A stretch of DNA of 64,000 bases. Source: Octopus bimaculoides. Its lineage: Eukaryota. The position numbers and the translations under genes are program-made. Of this stretch, positions 50,052-62,312 are shown in pieces. The first letter of the stretch is position 1; every line of letters begins with the position of its first letter. The notes beneath the pieces were generated by a model. The model worked only from the letters and a program-made list of their open reading frames with translations, searched no databases and was not told the DNA's origin. The DNA lies in assembly GCF_001194135.2 (NCBI RefSeq), contig NC_068994.1, forward strand, positions 20,776,269-20,840,268. Direction: 5' to 3'.

Positions 50052-50560
50052 CTTTAAACCGTTTCAGTTATATTACTAATGTCCTCAAGGAAAGCGTAAT
50101 CATCATAACTTCTCATACCTTCTGTATCTCTTAGAATTCTTTGACTTCACACAAATTTAGTAAATCGTTACAATAAGTGATGGTTTGTTGGAACAGTAAA
50201 ATGTGGAATGGAATACCATGTGCTGTTTACGTTGTGCCACTTCTATAGATTTTTACATGAATAAAGTCAGAGCATTCAATACATACAGTGAAATATATTA
50301 AACGATATAATTCATTGGTGATAATTCATCATGAATTATAGTTTCATATCCTGGGAAGCTGTTTAATCAATAACTCAGCCTCCATGAATTGTAATTTTTT
50401 TGTTGTTGTTTCCAGTATTGTATTATGAGTTTGAAATATGATAATGGGTGTAACTCATTACATATTTTATTCAGGGTGAGTTATTTCCCTTGGGTTAACT
50501 AAAAATGAAGTGGGTGCAGGTTTATGATGAGTAAGGAGGAAGGGTTAAATAAACTACTAT

Positions 50561-50834
50561 TCTTGTTGTTTGTTCCTTCTCAAGTTATGCCTGGCTCATA
50601 AAGGCCAGTTTCCTGGGTTTTATTGGCATATAAGTTCCCCACCTGGACGGGATACTGGTCTGTTGCAGGTGAGCTGCTAGATGCAGGAAGAAAGGGTGAG
50701 AGAAAGTTGTGGCAAAAGAGTAAGTAGAAGTTCGCCATTACCTTCTTCCGGAGCTGTGTTTCACTCATAAACGCACACATTGCCCGGTCTGAGATTCGAA
50801 CCTGCGATCCTTCCACTAGGCCATATGCCTCCAC
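50561..50834 (-). mobile_element. tRNA-derived SINE (family D-like head, different body) with 15-bp TSD
   Basis: TSD taaataaactactat at 50546-50560 and 50835-50849; head gtggaggcatatggcctagtgg...ggttcgaatc; (AAC)-like tail. Confidence 0.88.
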
Positions 50835-51229
50835 TAAATAAACTACTATATGATAGTGAAATTATGAAGTTATCAGTAAGTGTACTGTTATATGATATAG
50901 TAGGATAAAGACAAAAAAAGAGATAGTGTGATTGCTCCTAATAAATAGTTTAGTATTAATCCATTCACTCAGTTAGGGACATAATCTGCCAGTGTTTCGA
51001 TATATATTTACTGATGTATTCTTTCAAAAACTAGATGTAATTGGATTGTTTTGTTCCGCTTTTCTGTATTTCTGATAAAAATAAATACAGCTGAAATATT
51101 GTTGCTTAAATTTACATCTACCATACAACTTACTCTACAAAGAATATCACAACTCCATCTAAATAAACATTATATGAAAGAGTTACTGAATAAGGTAGAT
51201 TTAGTTAAATGCATGTGCTAGAAATTTTT

Positions 51230-51640
51230 CATCTATGACCCTCAGATCATGAATAGTAATGTTACTTTAATAGAAAGACATGCAACTGTCAAGGATTTAA
51301 GGATATTAGAACCATTAAAATCTGACTCCTTAGTTATGATATCCAAAATATATTCCATAAATACATCAATACAAAACAATAAGAAACAAAACTTCTTGCT
51401 ATCAGATAAAACAAAAAACCTTTTTACAGCAGTAAATAGTTCCTATAACAAACTCTTAAATAAGAACATTACAGATATACAAGATATTTAATAGAAATAT
51501 CATTAAGAGTAGTTATAGTTGCACCAAAAAATCATTGCTGCTTTTATAGCCAATATAAGCAAAAGAGAACTTCTCATTACAAACATACGAAACTCTCCTG
51601 TGTGTAATTCTATAATTCCCAAAACCCTAATATCTCAGTT
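51230..51640 (+). pseudogene. Penelope-like RT N-terminal remnant
   Basis: FLLSDKTKNLFTAVNSSYNKLLNKNIT resembles the PLE motif ADKTxNLYxxxxxxYNKLLxENIT. Confidence 0.5.
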
Positions 51641-53017
51641 TCTATTTCTAGCAAGATGAGCAACCATTTAGAGGCTCTCATAATTAGCTGTTATATATAT
51701 ATGAATATTAATCAGTGGTTAACTTCAGTAGAAATTTTTCATATACTAAAGATGTCTTCTGTTTCTTATTTCTTACTCTTATTGTTTAACCTCTGGTAAT
51801 CCTAGTTAAGCAAATAATTCTGGCCATCCAGTATCCTATTTTGGTTTGTTCTTAAAGTTAGTAAAATGTGATTTGAGAGAGACTTGACTACTATTTCTAA
51901 CTGCCAAATGATCATGCCTTTTTGTGGAATGAGAGTTAAATTTTCAGGCCAGGGTGGGTGGGGGCACCCTAATACATTCGTCTGATGTATGAAATCACAG
52001 TTCATTAACAAAGGTACTACTATTTTATGTTCTCACTTCAAAAATTGAAAACAGCCAGCAGTCTCTTGTTTTCCCGGCTGTTCATATTTGCTTCCATGGC
52101 TCACAAACACAGACTACTGATTTAGTGATTGTTATAACAAGTGTAATATGTGTGTTTGTGTGTATAAAAAAGCTCTGCTTTTTTGACAGTAATGCTCAAT
52201 TTTTTTGCCCATCATGATCTCATAGTCTCTCTTTTTTTTTTCTTTTGTCTGCCTCTTCTATAATTTCTATAATTTACATCAATGTCCAAAATTTGCTAAT
52301 TATACTTGAAGCCCTCACATTAAATCAGTCTCAGTGTTCTATTTTTCACCTTAAAGTCCCACAATAAGCATCAAATACAAAGTTTTAATTCTAAAAACTA
52401 CTGTATTTGCAATACATTAACTCCCAAATTTTCAAACTCTACATTAATTGTACACAACAGTACTTATCTTCTCCATCTTCTTGGTTCAGTAGTTCTTATC
52501 TCATCCTCAAAAGTACACTGTTTCTCTGCTAAAAAATACTTGATCCTCAGTTCTTCATTCAAAAGGAATTGTTCACTACTGTTAGTTGTGAAAGCCCAGT
52601 AGAATTAACTAGTTTCATTAGCTTAGTGTATTTCCTAAAGGTTTAGCTTAAAGACGGATGACTTCAGCATGGAGAAGGATAGGCTCAGTTATTAGAGACA
52701 CTTTAGGTACAACACACTGAGTCAAATTTTGCTGTATACTAATAATATATGGGTTACCTAGCAGCTACTTGGTAACTTAATAGGAGCTGCTGTTCCTATT
52801 AAGAGTGTTACCTTAAAACAATAAGGAAGATGCCTCACATTTCCAAATTCAATTACTACTAAGATGGATTTTTGCTTCACAACCAATGAAAATAAGTCTT
52901 TAACATAAGTATCCAAAACACACCAAGTTTTGTTACCTCCCTCTTTTACGAAAAGCACTTTTGTCTTTTTTTTTTTAAAGCAAAATATTTATTACTTATT
53001 TTTCTTTTGTTATCCAG

Positions 53018-53462
53018 GATGGTGATGATGACATAAAGATAATGATATCAGAAAAGAAATCATCTCCATCAACAGCAGAGATACCCAGTAACATTGGAGT
53101 AGATCAGCATATCAACAGCCCTGTGGACATGGTCTCTTCTTACCCCGAGCAAAGCTCACCAAATGAAGAGCATTCACCTCTCAAGGAGAAACCAAATAAA
53201 AAGAGTCTTTCAAAACTTGTCCGGAAGGGCAAAGATAAAATCCCTGTGGTTCAAGTGCCTCCTCAGATCAACAGACAGGACTTGACATGTGATGACAAGA
53301 TCAAGGTTGATCCTTCTTCTTCTTCTTCTCCATTCAACTGCATTCCTCAATTAGAGACAAGCCTTTCTTCGGATTCTTACCCAGAGATGGCTCCAGATTT
53401 CGTTGCTGATGAAACAGATTCTCAAGATATTGCAAATGAAGGATTTGTACCCGCTTCAGAAG
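53018..53462 (+). CDS. internal coding exon (445 nt, phase 0-1), S/P/D/E/K-rich disordered region of an unidentified protein
   Basis: tttttcttttgttatccag acceptor, GAAG|GTAAAA donor, 148 open codons DGDDDIKIMISEKK...EGFVPASE, higher GC than flanks, no repeat motifs. Confidence 0.82.
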
Positions 53463-54473
53463 GTAAAAGAGATTTTGCTTTTATTTCTGTCTTTTGTTTT
53501 ATCAACTCTTTTTGCTTATGATTGTAGCATCCTTTATGCTAATTATATATTATATATGATTGGTGATAATGATATATTTTTTTGTTTTGTTTTTTTTTTT
53601 CATATTGTATACTATAATCTTGTTTCAAAGACTGTGATCTTTTCACTGATCTCTGCAATATTTTTTCCAACACACAATTTCAGGTTTAGCTTTGCTTGCC
53701 AAATATATATACAAGATAGATTTTGCATTAATTTTTATTTATTTCATAGTGTATGTTTGGTAGTCTATAAAATACCTCCAAATTTGCATTAATTAGTGGA
53801 AGAAATATTTTCATTTGTTTTGAATACCTAGAACGACTTTACTGAAAGTAAGATGAGGACAAATTAAAAACGAGGGAGAATGAAGACAGTAACTTGTGAA
53901 ATGCACACTGACAATTAACACACTGCCATAATATAATTAATTAATCAGTCAAAATCAAGTCTTGGGAGGCTTACCTTCTACACCTCAAGTTTTCCACCAT
54001 CTTTCTCCTTATTCATTCTATAATATTGCTCATCTCCACCCTTGTGCTCTTCTTATTCCTATTTTATCAGTATTTGTCCATGCATGTCTGTTTATTAAAG
54101 GTAGGGTTTCATGGTGTTGTTTTATATGACCAAACCATTTCATTTATAGCCTTTTCAAACTGACAGAAGAGTTTCATGGCTTACAAGTCTTCTCAAGTAT
54201 TTCTTTACTAGTACACTCACTAGTTTGATGTTCTTTATAGCTTTTCAGTAATATTCTATTCCAAAGCCCCAGATCCTTTTCTCACTTTCACCAACTAACA
54301 ACCAACATTCACACTCTCACAGAGTAAAGTTGAAATATGTGTGTATCTGTGTGTATATTTAACATATATTATATATCTATGCATATATTATTATATCAGT
54401 CGGTGGTTCATATATCTGAAAAAGAAGCACACTCTAAAACATTAAAGTAGAAATATTTAGAAAGTTTTTTTTT

Positions 54474-54595
54474 TTATGGTTGGTCAGAAAGTGACCATTG
54501 GTTTCACACTGATAAAGCTCTTAACTGTATAGGCAACTATATAGCTAAGAGCTTTATTGGTGCAAAACCAGTGATCGCTCTCTGACTGGCCATAA
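54474..54595. repeat. palindromic hairpin (59-bp arms, 4-nt loop), probably a fold-back MITE
   Basis: Arms 54474-54532 and 54537-54595; 13 mismatches. Confidence 0.85.
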
Positions 54596-54911
54596 CCTTC
54601 TAAATATATATTGTTTGATGTGATACAGTCATTTTTTTTTTGTTTTTTAAGGAGATATAGACAACTAACTTCAGTCTAATATATTATTGATTTCTATTTC
54701 ATTCATACACATGAATGAAAAGCACAATCAAACTTAAGATTTGAATTGATGTATAGTTTATGGTTCACTTGCATTTGTATCAAATCTCTCCTTCCCCCAT
54801 AGAATAGAAAATGAATCTGTTTATAAAAAAAAAAATTGTTTGCATAGACAATAAGTAGGAATATCAAACTGTTGATTTGAGCCTATTACTTTTATTTGTT
54901 TTATTTAACAG

Positions 54912-54964
54912 TGGTGGATTTCAGTACAGTATTTCAAAGATTCAAACTAGATATGCAAAAATAA
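54912..54964 (+). CDS. candidate next or terminal coding exon VVDFSTVFQRFKLDMQK*
   Basis: ttttatttgttttatttaacag acceptor; phase 1 matches 53462; alternative donor ACA|GTATTT. Confidence 0.3.
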
Positions 54965-55971
54965 TTTCGTAGTACTAGTATATTAGTTATTTCCTGCTTC
55001 ACTAAGTTATGCAATCATGGTAGTGTGTGTGTGTATGGTGTGAGAGGGAGAGAGTTATCTCTACATCTGCTGCAATTAGTTGGAGGATAGAACCATATGA
55101 ACAAGCTACTTTTTCAACACAATGTTCTACCATTACTTCCTTTGTCCCACCACCACCACCACCACCAAAAACACCTCCCACTATTGCTTTTAGTGTTTAC
55201 TTCACTGACATGTTTAGTATTTATAACCCTTATCGTTATCACCATCATTACTGTGAGCCAACAAGTAGTCTCTACAGTCACTTGAACTGCTAGTGATAAC
55301 TAAATCTCTCTCTTAAATCAAAATTATCATTTTAAATTAAAAAAAAATAAAGGAGTAATAGATAAGGTAGCTGAGCAGAGATTACCACTAGAACATCTGC
55401 TTGATCAGGACTGGTCTGAAGTTGTTAAACAACCATTGTTTCTTTAGTGTATTTTTGTTTCCATGATAGCTTGGGTTGAAAAGACCTTCGATTTCACCAT
55501 ATATCCTGAATTGTATGTAATCCTGTGTTAGACATGGAAGCAATAATGTCTTTGAGATCCAGTGTTCCCCACTTTGATAGAAGAAACTGCTACAAATTAC
55601 AACAGATTTTAAAATGAAGCAAATGAACATTTAAAAAGTTTTTCATTTAAATTGTGAATAAGGAATTGAGAGGAAAACTTTGGTTTTAGTTATGTGGTTT
55701 CATAAGAACATCTACATTTCCTGATGATTTTCAAGCTCATTCCCTTGTTTTGTTATGAATAAATATTAATTATGTCAAAATTAGAGGAATGGAAAATCTG
55801 TCATGTGACTTTTGTGCTTTTTCCAAGTACATTAACTGCACTAGTGAAATGGTTTCAACTGTAATTGAAACTGTATTATATCTTACCCTGAGTTTATTCT
55901 GGTATATGAGAAATTAGTTGATAAATTAAGAAAAGAACAGTAAACCATTTTTAGAATAAAGCAGTTTTATA

Positions 55972-56322
55972 GGTACAGGCATGGCTGTGTGGTAAGAAGC
56001 TTGCTTCCCAGCCACATGGTTGCAGGTTCAGTCCCACTGTGTAGCACCTTGGGCTAGTGTCTTCTACTATAGCCTCAGGCCAACCAAGACAGAAACTGTA
56101 TGTGTGTGTGTGTGTGTGTGTGTCCCACCACCACTAATTGACAACCGGTATTGGTTTGTTTACATCCCTGTAACTTAGCAGTTTGGCAAAAAGAGACCAA
56201 TAGAATAAGTATCAGGCTCAAAAGCAAAATAAGTACTGAGGTCAACTCATTTGACTAAAAGTTCTTCAAGGTGGTGCCCCAGCATGATTGTAGTCTAATG
56301 ATTGAAACAGATGAGATAAAGA
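55972..56322 (+). mobile_element. SINE family B1
   Basis: ggcatggctgtgtggtaagaagcttgcttccc...ggtgccccagcatg. Confidence 0.85.
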
Positions 56323-56840
56323 TACAAGACTGGATATCTGGTTCATTACAAGTATAACCTATCAAAATTTTCCTCATCTCATTTGTGCTGGCAGAAATAC
56401 AGCCTGGACTAAATATATTGATTAAAAAGCTCACCTAGCATCATTTGAACAAATAACTCTTAAATATTTTCTCCAAGTATGTCTGCTAATTATGATAATG
56501 TTTTCAAGGGGCTGATATCGCCAGATTCTCCATCACCTGTAGAGCTGCCACGTGATTATGTGATCCTTTGTAGAAATGATCCTAAGGGGTCATCACTTGC
56601 AACAAGGGGCAACACAGCCAATGCACTGGAAATGGGCAGTTACTGAGGGATCAGTTGATCAGCCAAGTCAAGGGCGTAGCGAATAAGTTCTTTAGCTAAG
56701 TCAATAGAGGATACTGTTAGCTTGTATAAGATGCAAGTTTGTTTTTGTCAAGAGGTAGAATAATTCTGATCACATATAAGCATGCAAAGTGTAAGTAATG
56801 TCACAATGTCAATTGCATGTATATATATATATATATGTAA

Positions 56841-57215
56841 TCATCATCATTATCTTTTAACATTTGTTTTCCATGCTAGCATAGGTTGGACAGTTTGACC
56901 AGAGGTAGCAAGCTGGAGAGCTGTACCAGGTTCTAGTTTGAATTGGCTTGGATTTTGTGGCTGGATGCTCTTCCTAATGCCAACTGCTTTACAGAGTGTG
57001 CTGGGTGCTTTTAACATGGCACTGACATGAATGCTTTTTGCATGACACCATCATCATCATCATTATTGTATGTCCGCTTTCCATACTGGCATGGGTTGGA
57101 CAGTTTGACTGAAAACTGGTAATCTGGGGGTTGCACCAGATTCTGACCTGATTTGGCAAGGTTTCTATGGCTGGATGCCCTTCATAACACCAACCACTCC
57201 GAGAGCGTAGTGTGT
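56841..57215 (-). mobile_element. two tandem RTE LINE 3' ends (56841-57048, 57049-57215)
   Basis: catcatcat..ccat(g/a)ct.gcat.ggttggacagtttgac occurs twice. Confidence 0.8.
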
Positions 57216-57219
57216 GTTT

Positions 57220-57390
57220 TTGGATATAAAAAATATGAATTCTGTAGACAAGGTCAGAACAGTACTAGAGGAGTATTTTTCGTCCTGGACAGGTGAATTT
57301 TGGAAGAGGGACCTTGCAAGTCTACTAAATAGATGGAAGCGATTGTAGAAAATGAAGGAGAGTATATTTTAGATTGAAAAAGAACTTTGT
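57220..57390 (+). pseudogene. 3' fragment of mariner family 1 transposase
   Basis: aaaatatgaattctg...gaaaatgaaggagagtatattttagatt matches 25690-25850. Confidence 0.85.
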
Positions 57391-57642
57391 AGCAGACATC
57401 CTGTCCTTTGGGCAGTTGTTGGCAAGTCATTAGAATGGAGATATGCACATACACCCACACATATATATATAATGTATGTGTATGTAATTATATAAAGGTG
57501 ATTGATTGACAGAGTCATTAGAGTATTGGATAGGATGCTTTGTGGTATTTATTCCTGTTCTCTATGCTGAGGTCAAGTTTGTCTTTACTCCTTTGGAAGT
57601 GTCAATAAATAAAGAGTATATTAAATATAGAGGGAGGATTAT

Positions 57643-57648
57643 TCTTTC

Positions 57649-57708
<60 letters not shown>

Positions 57709-57788
57709 TCTCTGTCTCTCTCTCTCTGTCTCTCTCTCTCTCTCTGTCTCTCTCTCTGTCTCTCTCTCTCTCTGTCTCTCTCTCTCTG

Positions 57789-57820
<32 letters not shown>
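57643..57820. repeat. (CT)n/(CTGT) compound microsatellite
   Basis: Directly visible. Confidence 0.97.
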
Positions 57821-57827
<7 letters not shown>

Positions 57828-58195
57828 TTGTGCTCAGATAAAAAGTGGGATGAGCTTTATCAGCTTCAAAAATACCCAAGATATGCTGTGTCTTGGCTGT
57901 AATCCTACAACTCCATGTGGGGTTGAGGGCTCCACCAGAACGTAAATGTGTGTGTGATATCTACAGTCAAGGCTGCAGGTTTAAGATTAGACTTCCTAAT
58001 GATTCCAGCACTTGCCCTTCATCCTCTTCCACAGGTGTGCTCAGTCTGCAATGCTGATGGATGCCTCTTAGATGCCTACATATGTACTTAGGTACATACA
58101 TGCATGCAGACAAACAAATAGACAGGTGGTGGTTATGTGTTGTATATACGAGTGTGCATGTTATTACTTTTCTCTCAGCTTTCTTCTATGACATA

Positions 58196-58239
<44 letters not shown>

Positions 58240-58763
58240 TCCAAATGCTTTATCTCAGGGAATGACTCATTTCTTTACTCTGCTGAGTTAAGTGTTTACA
58301 TTTCTTTTTTTTTTTTTTTTTTAAGTCTTTTCAATCTTGTTAATATATTTTCTCTCTCTTCTATTACCTCAAATATCAAAGGACACTTAGATATAATTTA
58401 TTCCACTTAGCAAATATTTTGATAGTCTTTCTACTACATAACAACAACAGTGTTAACTACAATATTCCAAGGTTTTCTAATGACAAAAATCTTATATGTA
58501 CACATACATATAGTAGCATACATGCATGCACAGTGACTTTACTTAGTTTAAAAATGAGGGTATACTTCAATGAATAAATTTCAATGAGTAAATTTCAATG
58601 AGTAAACTTCAATTATTTCCGTTTATTTAATTACTGATGATTCAAAACTACATATAGACAAAATGAGAATTTTTTATTTTTTCAAACAGTGTTAAGTTTA
58701 AACTCACAAAAATTTTAATTAGCATTATGCAGTCATTGAAAGCAGAGTATATAATCCATTTTC

Positions 58764-59308
58764 TTAACCCTTTCATTGTCATTTCTCTGTTGAAATACAC
58801 TGCCTTTATTTCAATTAATTTTTTAGATAATGGAGAATTTCGTAAAATAACTTTGTCACTATTAAGCTGGTGTTTGGTTCATAAATTAGCACAAAATTTT
58901 AATGGAAAGTTTTTAACTTAGATTATTTTAAAATATAAATTTCATAATGACAGAGTACCAAGATATGTGGTGCATTGTTGTACTCAAGAAGACCTGCCCA
59001 CCACAACAGAATTAAGATCCTAAAATCAAGGTGCCACACAAAAAGCATTGGTGTGGGTGCTGGTGCCATGTAAAAAGCACCAAGTACACTCTGTAAAGTG
59101 GTTGGTGTTAGAAGGGGCATCCAGCTGTAGAAACCAAGCCAAAACAGACTATGGAACCGGGTGCAGCCCCTCACCCTGTCAGTCCCTGTCAAGCTGTTCA
59201 ATCCATTCCAGCATGGAAAAAGGATGTTAAATGTTGTTGATGATGATGATGATAATTTTTTTTATCATAGAATCAGGGTCAGTCTCAGGCAGGTTGTTAT
59301 CAAAAGGG
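58764..59308. mobile_element. piggyBac-like MITE (second family) interrupted by an RTE 3' end
   Basis: TTAA|CCCTTTCAT ... ATCAAAAGGG; right TSD imperfect (tataa). Confidence 0.6.
58946..59252 (+). mobile_element. RTE LINE 3' end nested in MITE
   Basis: aaaagcaccaagtacactctg..gtggttggtgttagaaggggcatccagctgtagaaacc..gatgatgatgat. Confidence 0.8.
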
Positions 59309-59519
59309 TATAACCAAAATCAGGTATTTTTTTTTGCATATTAGAAGTTCCACAATTGGGAAATTCTTGAAGGTAATTGGAAAGGTTTTTAAAAATTGTT
59401 CTATTGTTGTTGACAAGTTGATAGTAAAAATTGTAATAAGAATTATTTTGGTGAAAATCAATGTCATGTGAAATTGAACTGTCAGAAATTTTTTTATAAA
59501 ACTACTCCTCACAGTATAT

Positions 59520-59925
59520 CTTGTATCTTTTACTTGTTTTCAATCATTGGACTGCAGCCATGCTGGAGCACTGCCTTGAAGGGCTTAGATGAACAAATAA
59601 AGTTCAGTACTTTTTTTTAGGTTTGGTTTTTATTCTATCAGATCTCTTTCACCTGGCCACTGAGTTATAGGAACATAAACAAATCAACACTGGTTGTCAA
59701 ACAGGAACACACACACACACACTTACACATGCATGCACATGTGCATACACACACACAGATATACAACAAGCTTCCACATAGTTTCCATCTACCAAGTTCA
59801 CTCATAAGGCATTGATCAGTCCATGGATATAGTAGAAGATACTTGCTCAAAGTGCTGTGCAGTGGGACTGAATCCAAAACCACATCGTTGCAAGCTTTTT
59901 GACCACATAACCAAGCCTGAAACTG
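59520..59925 (-). mobile_element. SINE family B1
   Basis: Reverse complement of the B1 consensus. Confidence 0.75.
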
Positions 59926-62312
59926 CATTATGAAATGTAAATACATATGTTTAGATTTGGGTCCCAGACCCAAGCTGTTCCAATTTACTAAAAACAAATA
60001 TGTCATCATTTTGAAATCCAAAACACTTCCAGTCTGGCCCCAAGTATTTCAGGTAAAGGACTACCAACTGTATTTGTTGAACCTCAAATACAAATCTCAC
60101 TTAATTTAAACACATTTTAGAAAAAAATATTTTTATTCTAATATTTGATATTATATTCTAAATAAGACAAACTATTCTTAACTATTTGATTATCTCATTC
60201 TAAGATCTGTTGTTGGGAAATAAAAGTGTTTATCAACAAAAATGTGATCAAGAATTTCTTAACTGCATAAGCTGAAATAGAAATTTTTAGCCACAACTGC
60301 TGATGTTGGAGGCTCAATAACTGTGGTTTATCATATTGTAAATCTTTTCAATGAAACTAATGTTTTTTCTGACTATCTTAAATCAGGGTAGTAACTAAAG
60401 AATTTCTGAAAGAATGGATCGATACTTTCATCATTTGCTGATGAAGAACAGAAAAATGATTGCTAATTGACATTTTGAATGACATTTGACAGAAATGCTG
60501 CGTGCAGACTGGTATCGCTACCATAAAAAGATAAAACTAATTTTGGTTTGTAGAATGTGATACACATTAATAAAAAAAAAATTGTATATTTCTCTGGGAA
60601 ACCAATGTGCCTGCATACAATTTGCTTGAGAGTATAAGAATTGCATGTCTTCAATTAGATCAAAAATTTTGTGATTAGTTGAGTTGAAATTAAATTTGTT
60701 CATCCTCTCTCCTTCATCTGCCACCTTATCTCTTCCTATCACTCACTCTTCTTTTCTCACACTTTGTGTGATATTCTCTATTCAGTCTCATTAACAAGGG
60801 ATGGCATCAGATCTGTCTTTATTCAAAACCTTTCACCTTCATGTCTTGTTCTAAAGACACCCTACCATCCTCTTAAATCTCCCATCTATACACCAGACTA
60901 ATGAATTTAAGGTGGCTTTGGCTGAGGAGACAGAATGATGTCAAAACACATGATGTCCCAAAGTCCCTTTTTGCTAATGAATCAAGTATGTTATGAACAT
61001 ATATATTTATCTGAAAGGAGAAGTTTTTCTCCAATGATGAAATACAATATTGATTAGCATATTCACAGTCTGAATCTGCCAGAATGAATATGGATGTCAT
61101 TGCTCTGATTCTCACTATTCACTGCACACAACGATTTATTGTTTTTTTTTTGCTAGTTTGTTTGTATAGATGTATGTATGTATGTATGCATGCATAAAGG
61201 ACACAAGCAAGGCTAAATGCAATATTGAGGTTCAAGGTTTCATCCTGTTTCATAGCAGCTTGAGGAAATGCCTTTACTTACAATGCTTGGGTGGAATCAA
61301 GCCTTGGGAATAAACTTGGTAGACATAAACTGTGTAGAAGCTATTCAGATGGACTGTACCCACGATTCAAAAGTCTAGTGTTGTTACATTGATTCTACTT
61401 GGGAATTGCATTAAAAGTACACATATCAATGGAAAATACAGCCACTCCACTTACTAATTCGATGGGTAGGTCATCTATTTGACTGAATAACTGAAAGCTC
61501 ATTTGTCAAAGTTGATGGGAGAGTCCACTTCTCTCACACACACACACATGGACATATATATATATATTCACTTTTTGTTTCCTTTGTGCAAAGAATTTTG
61601 TGTATCATCATCATCTTGTCTACACAGAGAAACCCCAATAAAATCGAAGTGAATTATCAGAGGCACTGATTGAATACTTAATATACTATTATAAATCTCT
61701 ACTTACTACTATTTTTTAAAAATGAAATCAAGGCATCGATTTTTATCCACTTTTCTTCAGTGTCTGAACATTTTGTACTTTCTGAGCCTGAATGACACAA
61801 ATGTCAAATACTCTATTTTTTTTTTTTGCATATAGGGAAAAGTTCTCAACTTCTTTAAATTCCTTCAAATTACTTCATATTCTAGACACTAATACTCACT
61901 CTTAATATCAGAAGGATCTTATTTTATCATTCCAACAATGATTAGATTGCCTTAGTAACATAACTTATCTACTTCTTGGAATGAACTCTATGCTATCTTA
62001 AACCATAGCCTCATCAATATGCTTAGATTTCATCAACTTACATGGTTGAAACAATATACTTAGCCGTAGTTAAATATTGGTTCATAGAGTCAGCTTACTT
62101 GGAATGCTGCTGCACTCCTTAAATATTATTATGCTTCATAGCCTGCAACATTCCTATCTATTCCTTTCCTTAGTCATCATTATGAACTTTAATACTAAGG
62201 GCTCACTTTTAAACATTTATTATGTTCTTGCTATTTCATTAGAACTTCCTTCCAAATTTCTTTTTCAATTCCTTGATTAATTCTACAAGAAGTTTGTTCC
62301 TTCTTTAACATT

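Noticed and set aside
57200-57230. RTE fragments break at the same 3'UTR position next to mariner DNA at both 25917 and 57215
   Set aside because: The mariner partners differ (TIR versus internal) and this RTE position follows tandem units where truncation is likely; probably coincidence.
57506-57879. SL-repeat and RE-repeat ORFs
   Set aside because: Translation of the (CT)n microsatellite.
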